Source: the human T2T-CHM13v2.0 reference genome, Homo sapiens
Length of the DNA: 64,000 nucleotides
Reading direction: 5' to 3' (one strand)
Assembly: GCF_009914755.1 (NCBI RefSeq)
Contig: NC_060929.1
Positions within the stretch are counted from its first letter, which is position 1. The number at the start of each line of letters is the position of its first letter. The notes below the pieces were generated by a model, which was not told the origin of the DNA, did no database searches, and saw only the letters and a program-made list of their open reading frames with translations. The translations under genes were made by a program, and so were the position numbers. Below are positions 1-14,516 of this stretch, piece after piece.

Positions 1-27
1 CTTCTTTTTGAAAGTCTCTTAAACCAA

Positions 28-321
28 GGCTGGGTACAGTGGTTCATGCCTGTGATTCAGCACTTTGGGAGGCTGAGGCAGGCAAATTGCCTGAGCTGAG
101 GAGTTTGAGACCAGCCTTGGCAACATTGCAAAACCCTGTCTCTACAAAAAATACAAAAAATTAGCTGTGCATGGTGGTGCACACATGTGGTCCCAGCTAC
201 TCAAGAGGCTGAGGCGGGAGGATTGCTTGAGCCTGGCAGGTGGAGGTTGCAGTCAGCTGAGATGGTATCACTGCCCTCCAACCTGGGTGACATAGTGAGA
301 CCCCCCTCTCAAAAAAAAAAA
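28..321 (+). mobile_element. Alu SINE (old J/S class)
   Basis: Starts GGCTGGGTACAGTGGTTCATGCCTGT, has the A-rich middle linker and ends in an A tail. Confidence 0.9.
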
Positions 322-605
322 GTGTCTCAGACCTCTCAGGATGATTTGGGGGCTCAGTGTAATATTTTTTTCTTCCCATCTTACTATCTAGTTTTCTTTT
401 TCTTTTTTGTTTTTTATTGTACTTTTGTAGCTTAGAGTTTTAAATTTAAACTCAATTTTGTTCCAAAAGTATTTGAGGTAGCTTAAACTATATAATATAT
501 AATAACATACAAAATAAAGAGAATCAAGATCATAAAAATATGAAGCTTGAATAGAAAGATGTGATTAGGGTGAGTTATACTGAAAATATACTGTGAATGT
601 TGTAG

Positions 606-946
<341 letters not shown>

Positions 947-1355
947 TTATTAAAGGTAGGCCACAAAGTTCCAAGCTTCATGGTGGTCAAAGGAAAGAAG
1001 GAAACATATTTATTGCCCAGCAAAAACAGCTTCCTGTGTTAAAATAATTAATTGGGAGGCCATTGCCTGAGGAAGCTCCAGTGCCCTGGGTTCCTACATA
1101 AACAGACTTACACCAAACTCAGTGTAAATGGTTGTATTCTAGGAAAATGAAACTTTAGCTTAACCAATCAGAAACCATCAACTAACCTCTAACCACTGAC
1201 TTTTACTGGAATGATCCAAGTAAGGCTACTCCACTTTGACCAATCACAGATTTTCTTGGCCTTGCTTCTGCCGTTCACTCTTCAAAAGCCTTCTAACTGT
1301 GTCCTTTTGGTGCAGCCCCATATTGCTTGCATTCTGGAGCTGACCAATTCATTAA

Positions 1356-1475
1356 TATGCCTAGTGTTCCATTATTGGAACGCTAAGCTTGTGGGAGTTA
1401 TTTATATCCTGCTCATGGTCATCGCCAAGGTCTGATTTTTCACAAAAAAAATTTGCAACCTCCAGCATAAATGGG
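1356..1475 (+). mobile_element. MER85 non-autonomous piggyBac (PGBD3-derived) MITE
   Basis: TTAA on both sides (1352-1355, 1476-1479). Internal palindrome GTTCCATTATTGGAAC at 1366-1381. Right TIR GCATAAATGGG. The body matches the recalled MER85 consensus; the left TIR has lost its first ~6 nt. Confidence 0.9.
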
Positions 1476-1502
1476 TTAACCATTGTCTGCTTAAATAAAC
1501 AT

Positions 1503-1778
1503 TTTCTTGTTTTTGTTTTTTGAGACAGTATCTTGTTGTGCCGCCCAGGCTGGAGGGCAGTAGTGCAGTTATGGCTCACTGCAGCCTCAATTTCCTGGGC
1601 TCCAGCTATCCTCCCACCTCAGCCTCCCAAGTAGCTGGGACTACAGGCATGCACCACTATGCCAGGCTAATTTTTGTATTTTTTTGTAGAGGCGGGATCT
1701 CACCATTTGCCCAGGCTGGTCTTGAATTCCTGAGCTCAGGCAATCCACCTGCCTTGTCCTCCCGAAGTGCTAGGATTA
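1503..1778 (-). mobile_element. AluJ-like SINE inside the LTR
   Basis: T-rich tail followed by a diverged antisense Alu body lacking its 5'-most bases. Confidence 0.85.
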
Positions 1779-1949
1779 CTTTGCCTGACCTCAAATAAAT
1801 CCTTTAAAATTTTAATGTGCCTTGGTTTATCTTTTAGCACCTAGTAAATATTTAGTGAGTGAAATGGAGATTGTGATCACAGATTTTAAAGGATACGCTG
1901 AGGCCCTAGAGTTAAATTCTCTAGACTTTGTTAATTCCTTACCTACTTC

Positions 1950-2166
1950 CCAGTATTTCTCAAAGGGAGCTCTACTGGCATTTTTACAGACAACTCTTCA
2001 CTGTGTGGGATTGTCCTGTACATTGTAGGATGTTTATTTTACCTGGTCCCTCAGCACTAAATGGCAATGGCAAACTCTAACTTCTTTTTAACAATCCAAT
2101 ATGATCCCATTTATTTCCAAGCAGCCCCTTGAAGAGCGGGTTCCCCATAAAGTTGGGAACCATTAG
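1950..2166. mobile_element. hAT-Charlie MITE (MER20-like)
   Basis: CAGTATTTCTCAA...TTGGGAACCATT termini, with internal TGTCCTGTACATTGTAGGATGTTTA typical of the MER20 family. Confidence 0.55.
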
Positions 2167-2628
2167 ACCTTATTTGCCCATACTCTTCTCCACCCGAGCT
2201 ATGCTCCATCCACTGACATTTGTTTTATTTTTAAACCTTGCATTCTTTTCAGACCCTGTCTTTGCAGGAGCTCCTCAATCTTTTTGGAGTGACTTTGTCT
2301 CCACCTGGTTGGCCCTTACTCAAATTTCAAAATTCATTTCTTCAAGAATTGAATTCATGTGTTCAGAACTCCAAGTTTTGGAGTCTTCCCCAGTTTTGCC
2401 AGGAAGTTTGACATTCTTTTCTAGGAGGACACTCACAGCAAGCACTAGGGTATTGTAGGTACTGAGTGAATGAATGAAAAACTTGTGGAAATAGAAGGCA
2501 CATTAGTCTCATCTCTGAACAAAGACTTTTGCAAGAAGAAAAATTTAAAGGGAATGTGCCTTTCATTACAAAAATGTCCAACCATTTCCTTTTTTTATTT
2601 TCCAAAATAAAAATATGGCACTTGGTAG

Positions 2629-3082
<454 letters not shown>

Positions 3083-3281
3083 TGACTAGAGTTTGTTGTA
3101 CTAGTCCTACTACCCACTGTTCAAAGGCAGCAAGAGAGTTTGAGCTGTGGATCAGCTCAAATTGTCATCAGTGGTGGAACATTTTTTCTTATGTGCTTGC
3201 AGAGTTTTATTAAAAAATTATCTTTTGATAAAAGTAATGATACTGGTATCAGAAAGATTGGATGTCATATAGATCTGTGGT

Positions 3282-3420
3282 TTTTTTTGTTGTTGTTTGT
3301 TTGTTTTAGAGACAGGATCTTGCTGTCTCCCAGGCTAAAGGGCAGTGTCACGGTCATAGCTCACTGCAACCTTGAATTCCTAGCCTCAAGTGATCCTCCT
3401 ACCTCGGCCTTGCAAAGTGT
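3282..3420 (-). mobile_element. Alu monomer (FLAM-like)
   Basis: T-rich tail plus a single-monomer Alu sequence. Confidence 0.7.
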
Positions 3421-3504
3421 ACATCAGTTTGTGTAAGAAAGGTCCAAGAAGTGAACAGGCCTGAAAGTTGAAGAAAGGTACTATAAATGAGAAGAGGTGT
3501 ATAG

Positions 3505-3855
<351 letters not shown>

Positions 3856-3873
3856 TAAAAAAAAATGTTTACT

Positions 3874-4214
<341 letters not shown>

Positions 4215-6805
4215 TCAAATCCCCAGACATTGCAGACATTGCTCTATCATCTGGCATTTGTTGCAGTGGGTGAAGATGGCAGAGGCTACCCTGATTTTTG
4301 CTAATTGTAGGTAAACCTTTTTTTTTTTTTTTTTGCCTGCATCTTTTTTTCTTTCTAGTCTTTAAATTAAGATATTCCTGTAGGCTATGTTTAGGCATAA
4401 GTTTCTTTCCAGCAGCTTTGTTTTTTTTAGAAACATGGTGAATTCTTTCAATTTATAGGTAAATATTTTAAATCTTTTTTTTTTTTCCATCTTAGAACAG
4501 TTTTTCAGTTGTACATTTGCTTATGATTGTAGTTCAGAAATTCCAGTTATTTGTAGGTTGGACCTGTGTTCTTTGTCCTTCCATCAAACAATATGCATTA
4601 TTTTCATCATGGTCTTTTTTCTTTTGTGTGTTTGGAGAGGATCTTATGTGCTTATACACTGAAACACGAATGTGATTTTTTTCCAGCTTCTATACATCTC
4701 TCTGTTGCCTTGAATGTAGAATTTTTATCTCTACTGTTACGTGTTTGAATTTCCTTCCAGTTTTTTCTTATCCAGTTTCCTTTTTCATCTCAGCTGTTTT
4801 TCCTTCCTCATCTCTTGCTTTTAGAGGTCTTTCCCTTTCTCTTTTTCTTTTTAAAATTGGGAACATAGAGTAGATAATTCCTCGGTTTGATTTCCATATT
4901 CCTAGTGTAAGTCCATTACAGGAGCAAGCTTTCCCTCTTCCTGTTTATGGTAGTTCCCCTCTTTTCTTATGCAAGAGCTTCTTAAAGGTCTTGTGTTGTT
5001 ATTAATGTTTTTGGTTTACTTACCTTGACAAAAGAGGGGCATGTTGACTGGTCAGAGTGACCAAGTGTTCCTTCGTCTCTCTCACTACACTTGGAAGCTG
5101 GAGGAATCTTCCTCTTTATGTTAGCTTGGAAAGCAGATGAATGGGTACAACGAAATTTATGAAGGATAGATCATTTTCTATACTTAGGAGAGGTCTTCCT
5201 TTCCTAGTGTTGAATCTTTCGGTCCTGTAACTATAATGAGGGGAGTGTTTTTGTGTGATTTGAAATAATTTATAGTTTTTTTTTTTTTAGTTTTTTGGGG
5301 TGTTAGTGGTGAGACTGTACTATGCTGAGAGCTCATTCTGTTCCTGCAGCTACCTGTCGCTCGCTGCACAGTACTCAGTGCACCTCAGGGCTTTACCTTC
5401 CACATCTGGCCATGCACACTGCACTACTGGGAGAGAACTGCCTTGAAAGAGAATTACCAGTGGAGCTAGAAACCAGGAGGGGAGGGGCAACTCAGGATCT
5501 GTTTCTCTGAAGGGAATGGGAGAGAGTGAAATGACCCTCTTTCCCCTGACCTAGTGATAGAGAGGTCAGAGCAAGCCTCAGCTACCAACAGAGATTCCTC
5601 ATTTCCAGCCAGGTACAGTGTTGCCTCTCATTTAAACTTTGATTTGGAATATGTATTCCAATGGGAAGGCAAGGAGGGAGAATTGAGCCTGCTGGTCATC
5701 TGTTGTTAGGACTGATACGACTTCTCTTCTGATGTGTCTCTGTGCTATTTTATTGGATTGCCCAGGGCCATGCCTTCTGTGTCCCACCCAGGCTGCCAAA
5801 TGTCTTGAAATCCAGGTCTTTTACCAGCCCTGTCAAAGTGATTCATCTTTTGTCTAGGGATCATGCTAATCTTTTAGCATGATTCCCTTTGAAAGTATCC
5901 CAGGTGCTAATTAAAAGTAATTATTTTGGGTCTTCAGAATCAGGTTATTTTTCTGGCCAAGGCCTAGGATTCCACATTTGAATTTGCACTGTGGGTGCTT
6001 CTTTGCTGTCTAAAATTTGAGGACCACTGCCTAAGGACCTTGCTAGGTAAGTGATTAAATTAATCTGAATCAATTCAAGCCAAATTGCCATAAAAGTAGT
6101 GGGTTGATGTTTAACTCTCCTACCTGATAGTGCATGTTTTTTAAAAAAGAGTCTACACTTAGAGTTATAAATAATGTGGAATTGTTGCTAGGAGGGACAA
6201 GTATTCAGGAAATTGCCTACTTTATTAGTCAAAAATGATTTTTAATGTTTAAATGTATGCATCGCATGTTCTGTGGTAATCACATTTTTGTAAATGATCT
6301 TAAGTTCTGGGAAATTCAGTTATATTTCTTATAGTGTTTTAGTCCTATTATGACTTTGATGTACATTGATTTATAGATTCATCAAATCAACGTCTCCAAC
6401 TAAAACAATAACAAAGAATTAGTTCTACACACATTAGATTAAAAATCACATTAAACAGTATGGAGAGTGGTAGTGAAAAAATTGTTTTCAATTAAAAAGG
6501 ATCATTTAAACAATGATTATATACAGTGTTAGAATTCACTAAGGCTGCTTTTCTGGAAAGATATATTTGAACAGCAGCAGAATAAGCTTCTTCTATGCTT
6601 CTAGTCTAAGGGCTAACTTACAGTTTGGAAAGACTACCCTCACTTGGAAAAACAGAAAATTATTCTATTTTTCCAATCTTTAGTCTCTGCTAAAGCAGTT
6701 AGAAAAAGGTTTTGATTGAATGTCACAAAACAAAAACAAAAACAAAACAACACAACTCTTCAGCCAGAGTAAGACTCAAGCAAAATGGATGTATTAACAA
6801 CTTAT

Positions 6806-7100
6806 GCCAGGCGTGGTGGCTCACGCCTATAATCCTAGTACTTTGGGAGGCCGAGGTGGGGTGGTGGGTGGATTGCCTGAGCTCAGGAGTTCGCAACCAG
6901 CCTGGGCAACACAGTGAAACCCCATCTCTACTAAAATACAAAAATTCAGCCTGGTGTGGTGGTGTGTGCCTGTAGTCCCAGCTACTTGGGATGCTGAGTC
7001 AGGAGAATCGCTTGAACTCGGGAGGCGGAGGTTGTAGTGAACCGATATCATGCCACTGCCTGGGCGATTCCGTCTCCAAAAAACAAAACAAAACAAAACA
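6806..7100 (+). mobile_element. AluS with (CAAAA)n tail
   Basis: Dimeric Alu, flanked by AACAACTTAT repeats. Confidence 0.85.
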
Positions 7101-7176
7101 ACTTATACTTTATGACATGAGGAGCGCTGACTCATTTCTAACCTACTTACAACTAGAAATGAGAGATTCATTGTTT

Positions 7177-9073
7177 TTTTTTTTCCCCCTTTTATTTATT
7201 TATTTATTTTTATTGATCATTCTTGGGTGTTTCTCGCAGAGGGGGATTTGGCAGGGTCATAGGACAATAGTGGAGGGAAGGTCAGCAGATAAACAAGTGA
7301 ACAAAGGTCTCTGGTTTTCCTAGGCAGAGGACCCTGCGGCCTTCCGCAGTGTTTGTGTCCCTGATTACTTGAGATTAGGGAGTGGTGATGACTCTTAATG
7401 AGCATGCTGCCCTCAAGCATCTGTTTAACAAAGCACATCTTGCACCGCCCTTAATCCATTTAACCCCGAGTGGACACAGCACATGTTTCAGAGAGCACAG
7501 GGTTGGGGGTAGGGTCACAGATCAACAGGATAAGAATTTTTCTTAGTACAGAACAAAATGAAAAGTCTCCCATGTCTACCTCTTTCTACACAGACACGGC
7601 AACCATCCCATTTCTCAGTCTTTTCCCCACCTTTCCCCCCTTTCTATTCCACAAAACCGCCATTGTCATCATGGCCCATTCTCAATGAGCTGTTGGGTAC
7701 ACCTCCCAGACGGGGTGGTGGCCAGGCAGAGGGGCTCCTCACTTCCCAGTAGGGGCGGCCGGGCAGAGGTGCCCCTCACCTCCTGGACGGGGCGGCTGGC
7801 CGGGCGGGGGACTGATCCCCCCACCTCCCTGCCGGACGGGGCGACTGGCCGGGCTGGGGGCTGACCCCCCCCCCCACCTCCCTCCTGGACGGGGTGGCTG
7901 GCTGGGCGGGGGGCTGACCCCCCCACCTCCTTCCCGGACGGGGCAGCTGACTGGGCAGAGGGGCTCCTCACTTCCCAGTAGGGGCGGCCGGGCAGAGGTG
8001 CCCCTCACCTCCCGGACGGGGTGGCTGGCCAGGCGGGGGGCTGACTCCCCCACCTCCCTCCCGGACGGGGTGGCTGGCCGGGCGGGGGTCTGACCCCCCC
8101 CACCTCCCTCCCGGACGGGGCAGCTGGCCGGGCGGGGGGCTGACCCCCCCCACCTCCCTCCCGGATGGGGCCGCTGGCCGGGCAGAGGGGCTCCTCACTT
8201 CCCAGTAGGGGCGGCCGGGCAGAGGCGCCCCTCACCTCCCCGGACGGGGCGGCTGGCCGGGCGGGGGGGCTGACCCTCCCACCTCCCTCCCGGACGGGGT
8301 GGCTGCCGGGCGGAGACGCTCCTCACTTCCCAGATGGGGTGGCTGCCGGGCGTAGGGGCTTCTCACTTCTCAGACAGGGCGGCTGCTGGGCGGAGGGTCT
8401 CCTCACTTCTCAGATGGGGCGGCCAGGCAGAGACGCTCCTCACCTCCCAGACGGGGTCGTGGCCAGGCAGAGACGCTCCTCACATCCCAGACGGGGCAGC
8501 GGGGCAGAGGCGCTCCCCACATCTCAGACTATGGGCGGCCGGGCAGAGACACTCCTCACTTCCTAGATGGGATGGCGGCCGGGAAGAGGCGCTCCTCACT
8601 TCCTAGATGGGATGGCGGCCGGGCAGAGACGCTCCTCACTTTCCAGACGGGGTGGCAGCCAGGCAGAGGCTGCAATCTCGGCACTTTGGGAGGCCAAGGC
8701 AGGCGGCTGGGAGGTGGAGGCTGCAGCGAGCCGAGATCACGCCACTGCACTCCAGCCTGGGCACCATTGAGCACTGAATGAACCAGACTCCGTCTGCAAT
8801 CCCGGCACCTCGGGAGGCCGAGGCTGGCGGATCACTCGCGGTTAGGAGCTGGAGACCAGCCCGGCCAACACAGCGAAACCCCGTCTCCACCAAAAAAATA
8901 CGAAAACCAGTCAGGCCTGGCGGCGCGCGCCTGCAATCGCAGGCACTCCGCAGGCTGAGGCAGGAGAATCAGGCAGGGAGGTTGCAGTGAGCTGAGATGG
9001 CAGCAGTACAGTCCAGCTTCGGCTCAGCATCAGAGGGAGACCGTGGGGAGAGGGAGAGGGAGAGGGAGAGGGC
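7177..9073 (-). mobile_element. SVA retrotransposon with all domains present (probably SVA_D-like)
   Basis: Read on the minus strand: (CCCTCT)n hexamer ~9045-9072, Alu-like domain ~8650-9040, GC-rich VNTR ~7700-8650, SINE-R ~7215-7700, then poly(A). Perfect 16-bp TSD GAGAGATTCATTGTTT at 7161-7176 and 9074-9089. Subfamily is tentative. Confidence 0.97.
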
Positions 9074-10019
9074 GAGAGATTCATTGTTTAGGATCAGATG
9101 AGAATTGAAATTCATCTTTTTACTGAGAGTTCACTTGAGTGACTGTTGTCACCTGTAGTCTGAATTTAGTTTAAGATAGCTTAAGTCTGGAAGAATAGGC
9201 AGTTCACATATCTAAGATTTTTCATTTGCAAAATAAGGATTATTCTTGCCATTATTGCTCAATAAGCCACAGTTGTGGTTATTTCCATTTTTAGCCATAT
9301 TTTCATCCATCTCATAGGAAGTTCTGAGATTCAGATTTCTGCCTCTACTAGTTTATGAATTTGGTAGAGGACCAGAAAGTATTACAACTTGAAAACTATG
9401 TATAAAAATGTTGATTGAATTATATTTACATTTTTGAGTTGAAATATTCTTGCTTGATCAAAAAAACAATAATTATTCCATGATATTTCATTATGGTACA
9501 TTATGATGAATCCAGTTGAGATGGATATATTTTTAATATACCATACTTCCTAATTTTGTAATCAAGCCATAAGTGTTTGTATTATTGTATGTAGCATCCT
9601 TCAGCAAAGCCTAGTCCTTAGATAATTTTAAAAGTATTCAACCAAATATCAATTAGTGTTTTGATGTTCAGTCATCTTGCTTGTAGCACAGTGCTGTTAA
9701 TTAGATAAACTATGGCTATTGAATGAAATTTTATGTTTAAGTATTTTCAATAGTTAAGTAAATCTCAAGTAACTGGAGGGCTTAGGCTACTTTGTTCAGT
9801 TTTGTTACTAAGTAAGAGTTTGTTGGAGTTTTAAAAATATTACTAAGTATATTAGTGTTCTTTATGAATGAAAGTTAATTTTTCTTTGATTTGGTATCTT
9901 TCAGTATATGTCAGGATCATCATACAGTTGGAAAAATTTCCTCTGGCTACACCATATTAGTCTTCTCTTGCTAGTCTAGTTTTGCATTCTCTCTGATTGA
10001 TGAAATGGGTTCTGTTACC

Positions 10020-10300
10020 ATCTATGTAACGTTGATATAGAATCGGTATTGCCAGCCCGGATTTCTCTTTCCTTCTGAGTTCAAGGCACACCTCAAAATG
10101 CCTGCTAGACCCCTTTACTTGGACATTCCACGGGCATTTGAAATTCAAACTCAATATGGCCAAATTAAACCCAACTCTTCCCAAACCTGCTCTTCCTCCA
10201 GAGACCTCTGTCTTACTCAATGCACCACCACCTAAAGGCAGAAAGCTTGGAATCTTTTCTCTCCCCTGTCCCTCACCAATCTTTTCAGTTGTATTGTCCA
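10020..10300 (+). mobile_element. L2 LINE fragment
   Basis: L2-like text: CCAGCCCGGATTTCTC...TGCCTGCTAGAC...ACTTGGACATTCC...AAACTCAATATGGCCAAA. Confidence 0.6.
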
Positions 10301-10401
10301 TACCTAGTTCAACAGCAGTTTATTTTTCTTAGAGAGACTGACTTTTATCGAGTCTTTCCAAGGCATTTGCTTATAGAAATAACAGTTGTCTTTTTTACTT
10401 T

Positions 10402-10824
<423 letters not shown>

Positions 10825-11389
10825 CTCTTTTTTACTTTGATGTTTGGTTTGTTTAACGTTTAATTACAGTATATATTTATGATAGGAGAATAAGGTTTGT
10901 GAACACACAGTTAACTGATGGGAGCAGAGGCGCTTCGTGATCAGCATGCTGTAGACATGAGTCAGTGTCGATTAATCTGGCAAGTTGGTTAGATGGAGGT
11001 TGGATAAGAGAGTTTCTACTGTAATTATTTGTGTTTTTTATCTCCCTTTGTTAGAATATGAGCTCTTACAAGGCAAGGACTATATATTTTTTCATTTTTG
11101 TATACCTAACCTTTACTTATGCACAGTGCCTGCTACTTAATAGATATTCACTATGTATTTGTTGGATGAATGAACAAACTCTTACATAGATTATACTGAA
11201 TTTGAATAATCAGAAATGACACTGGTTTAGGAATTATCTAGTATAGACAGATCATTGGCCTTGAAGCCAAACAGGGGTTTAAAATCCTTGCAGTTTATAT
11301 GATTTTAATTCAATTGAACAAAGGCATCTAGAGTGTTTACTATGCTAAGCACCAAAGATATAGAAACGGGAATAAAAAAACAAAAACAA

Positions 11390-11700
<311 letters not shown>

Positions 11701-11752
11701 AAAACAACAAAAAAATGGGGATAGGTGAGAAAGATAGAAAAAACAAAAATAC

Positions 11753-12051
11753 TTTTTTATTTTTTTTGAGATGGGGTATCACTCTGTCGCCCAGGCTGGA
11801 GTAGAGTGGCATGATCCTAGCTAACTGCAGTCTTGAACTCCTGGTCTCAAGTGATCCTCCTGCCTCAGCCTCCTGAGTAGATGAGACGACAGGTGCACAC
11901 CACTATGCCTGGCTAACTGTATTTTAGTTTGTATATAGACAGAGTCTTGCTGTGTTGACCAGGCTGGTCTCGAACTCCTGGGTTCAAGCTGTCCTCCTGC
12001 TTTGGCCTCCCAAATTGCTGGGATTACAGATGTGAGCCACCACGCCTGGCC
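11753..12051 (-). mobile_element. AluJ
   Basis: Diverged antisense Alu. Confidence 0.85.
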
Positions 12052-12185
12052 AAAACCATTTTTTAGTGGCCTTGAGGCCATTCTACATCCCAAATTTTGG
12101 TTTATTGACAGAAATAAATCAATTGGCAGAATTCCTTTCAATATAATTCTAAAGTTGATGCTAATACTTAGTTTTTGTATTGCAG

Positions 12186-12197
12186 TTATCATTTAAC
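12186..12197 (+). other. ATG10: ATG10 5'-UTR part of the first coding exon (after the splice acceptor)
   Basis: Acceptor TTTTTGTATTGCAG ends at 12185, with a possible branch sequence CTAAT about 25 nt upstream. There are 12 nt (TTATCATTTAAC) before the ATG. Confidence 0.85.
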
Positions 12198-12305
12198 ATG
12201 GAAGAAGATGAGTTCATTGGAGAAAAAACATTCCAACGTTATTGTGCAGAATTCATTAAACATTCACAACAGATAGGTGATAGTTGGGAATGGAGACCAT
12301 CAAAG
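12198..12305 (+). CDS. ATG10: ATG10 (ubiquitin-like-conjugating E2 enzyme for ATG12-ATG5), first coding exon, codons 1-36
   Basis: Translates to MEEDEFIGEKTFQRYCAEFIKHSQQIGDSWEWRPSK, which I recognise as the human ATG10 N-terminus. Good Kozak context (AACATGG). Phase-0 donor AAG|GTAAGA at 12306. No later ATG10 exon was recognised in the window. Confidence 0.95.
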
Positions 12306-12771
12306 GTAAGAATGGAAATGTTTGTTTTCTGTCTCAAAAGAGGATTTTTTGTTTTGTTTTGTTTTGGTTTGTTGACAGGTAAAACCTCCATAATTGAAAT
12401 TAAGGTATGAAAACTGGTTTGATTTAGTAAAAGTCTTAAATTGAAGAATGTCTTACAACAGATGTCCATTTTCTTACTTCAACTATATATATTGATTATT
12501 ATCAGGCTAATGAAGTATTATTTTGAAAAGTCCTTACGTAACCTGCTTAATTTAATAGATAAAAATTAGCATATTAATTATCTGAATGTAAACAGATGTT
12601 TCTGTGGTGCTTCAAATCATCAATCCTAAGTTAATATTCTTAGGAAACTACTTTCGTCTGGAGAGTAAAAAGACAATCTTGAAACCAAACCATAAACAAT
12701 CACAAATTCTGAAATATTGAGGACTGTATTAATTGGGAATTTCCTATTAATATAAACATATTTCAAAATAT

Positions 12772-13755
<984 letters not shown>

Positions 13756-14239
13756 TCTGTCAAAAGCTTTTTAGAGTTCCTTGAAATCCCTTCCTTAGAG
13801 AATAGGTAAATTTTCTCTACTTAACATTTTACCCGGTTCCCGAAAAGTGATGAATCCTGATTCTCTGCTGGTTGGATATGTTTCCTGTATGCACTCTGAG
13901 GAACGAACAGTTTGGGTTGGATTTCCTATGATTCAGAACTGGGCCTGGGAGGCGTAGGTTTTGATCAGGTCCAGAGTGTCACTGGGGAAACAAGCCATGA
14001 TTTCCTCTTGGGTCATGTGCAGGCTGAACTTTGACAGGGTGGTTTATGCATAGTTCAGAGGGAGGGTCGATGTGTTGTGGTAGAGTCCAGTCCCACTCTC
14101 TAAATAGTGATTAGACAGTTGATCAGCCCTCAGGAAGTCTCCCTCTCCAGGATGATGTGACTGTGCTAGCAACTTTCATTGGTTTTGTTCTTGGGTATAT
14201 TTTATAGTTTTGTTTGCTATTATGTTTCAATTTTTTTTT

Positions 14240-14516
14240 TTTTTGAGACGAGTCTCGCTCTGTCGCCCAGGCTGGAGTGCAGTGGCACGATCTCAGCTCA
14301 CTGCAAGCTCCGCTTCCCGGGTTCAGCCATTCTCCTGCCTCAGCCTCTTCGAGTAGCTGGGACTACAGGCGCCCGCCACCAGGCCTGGCTAATTTTTTTT
14401 TAATATTTTTAGTAGAGACAGGATTTCACCATGGTCTCGATCTCCTGACCTTGTGATCTGCCTGCCTCGGCCTCCCAAAGTGCTGGGATCACAAGCGTGA
14501 GCCACTGTGCCAAGCC
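14240..14516 (-). mobile_element. AluY-like with a small internal deletion
   Basis: CTGCAAGCTCCGC signature. The TTCACCATGGTCTCG junction lacks about 12 nt. Flanked by TGTTTCAATTTTT repeats. Confidence 0.85.

Larger units (their letters stand above)
1037..1839 (+). mobile_element. Solo ERV1-class LTR (MER67-like), interrupted by MER85 and an Alu
   Basis: Begins TGTTAAAATAATTAATTGGGAGGCCATT, contains CCAATCA boxes, has AATAAA near its end, and ends ...TTTATCTTTTAGCA. The 4-bp flanks are CCTG and CCTA. Family name is from memory. Confidence 0.6.

Noticed and set aside
7669-8990. Pro/Gly/Arg-rich ORFs, a CpG-island-like stretch and an array-like repeat
   Set aside because: All derive from the SVA VNTR and Alu-like domain. 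The repeats have no unique spacers, and the GC richness is not a host promoter.
12180-12410. 76-aa ORF taken as the full ATG10 exon
   Set aside because: The track starts at a TTG inside the acceptor and reads through the GTAAGA donor at 12306. Only 12198-12305 is coding.
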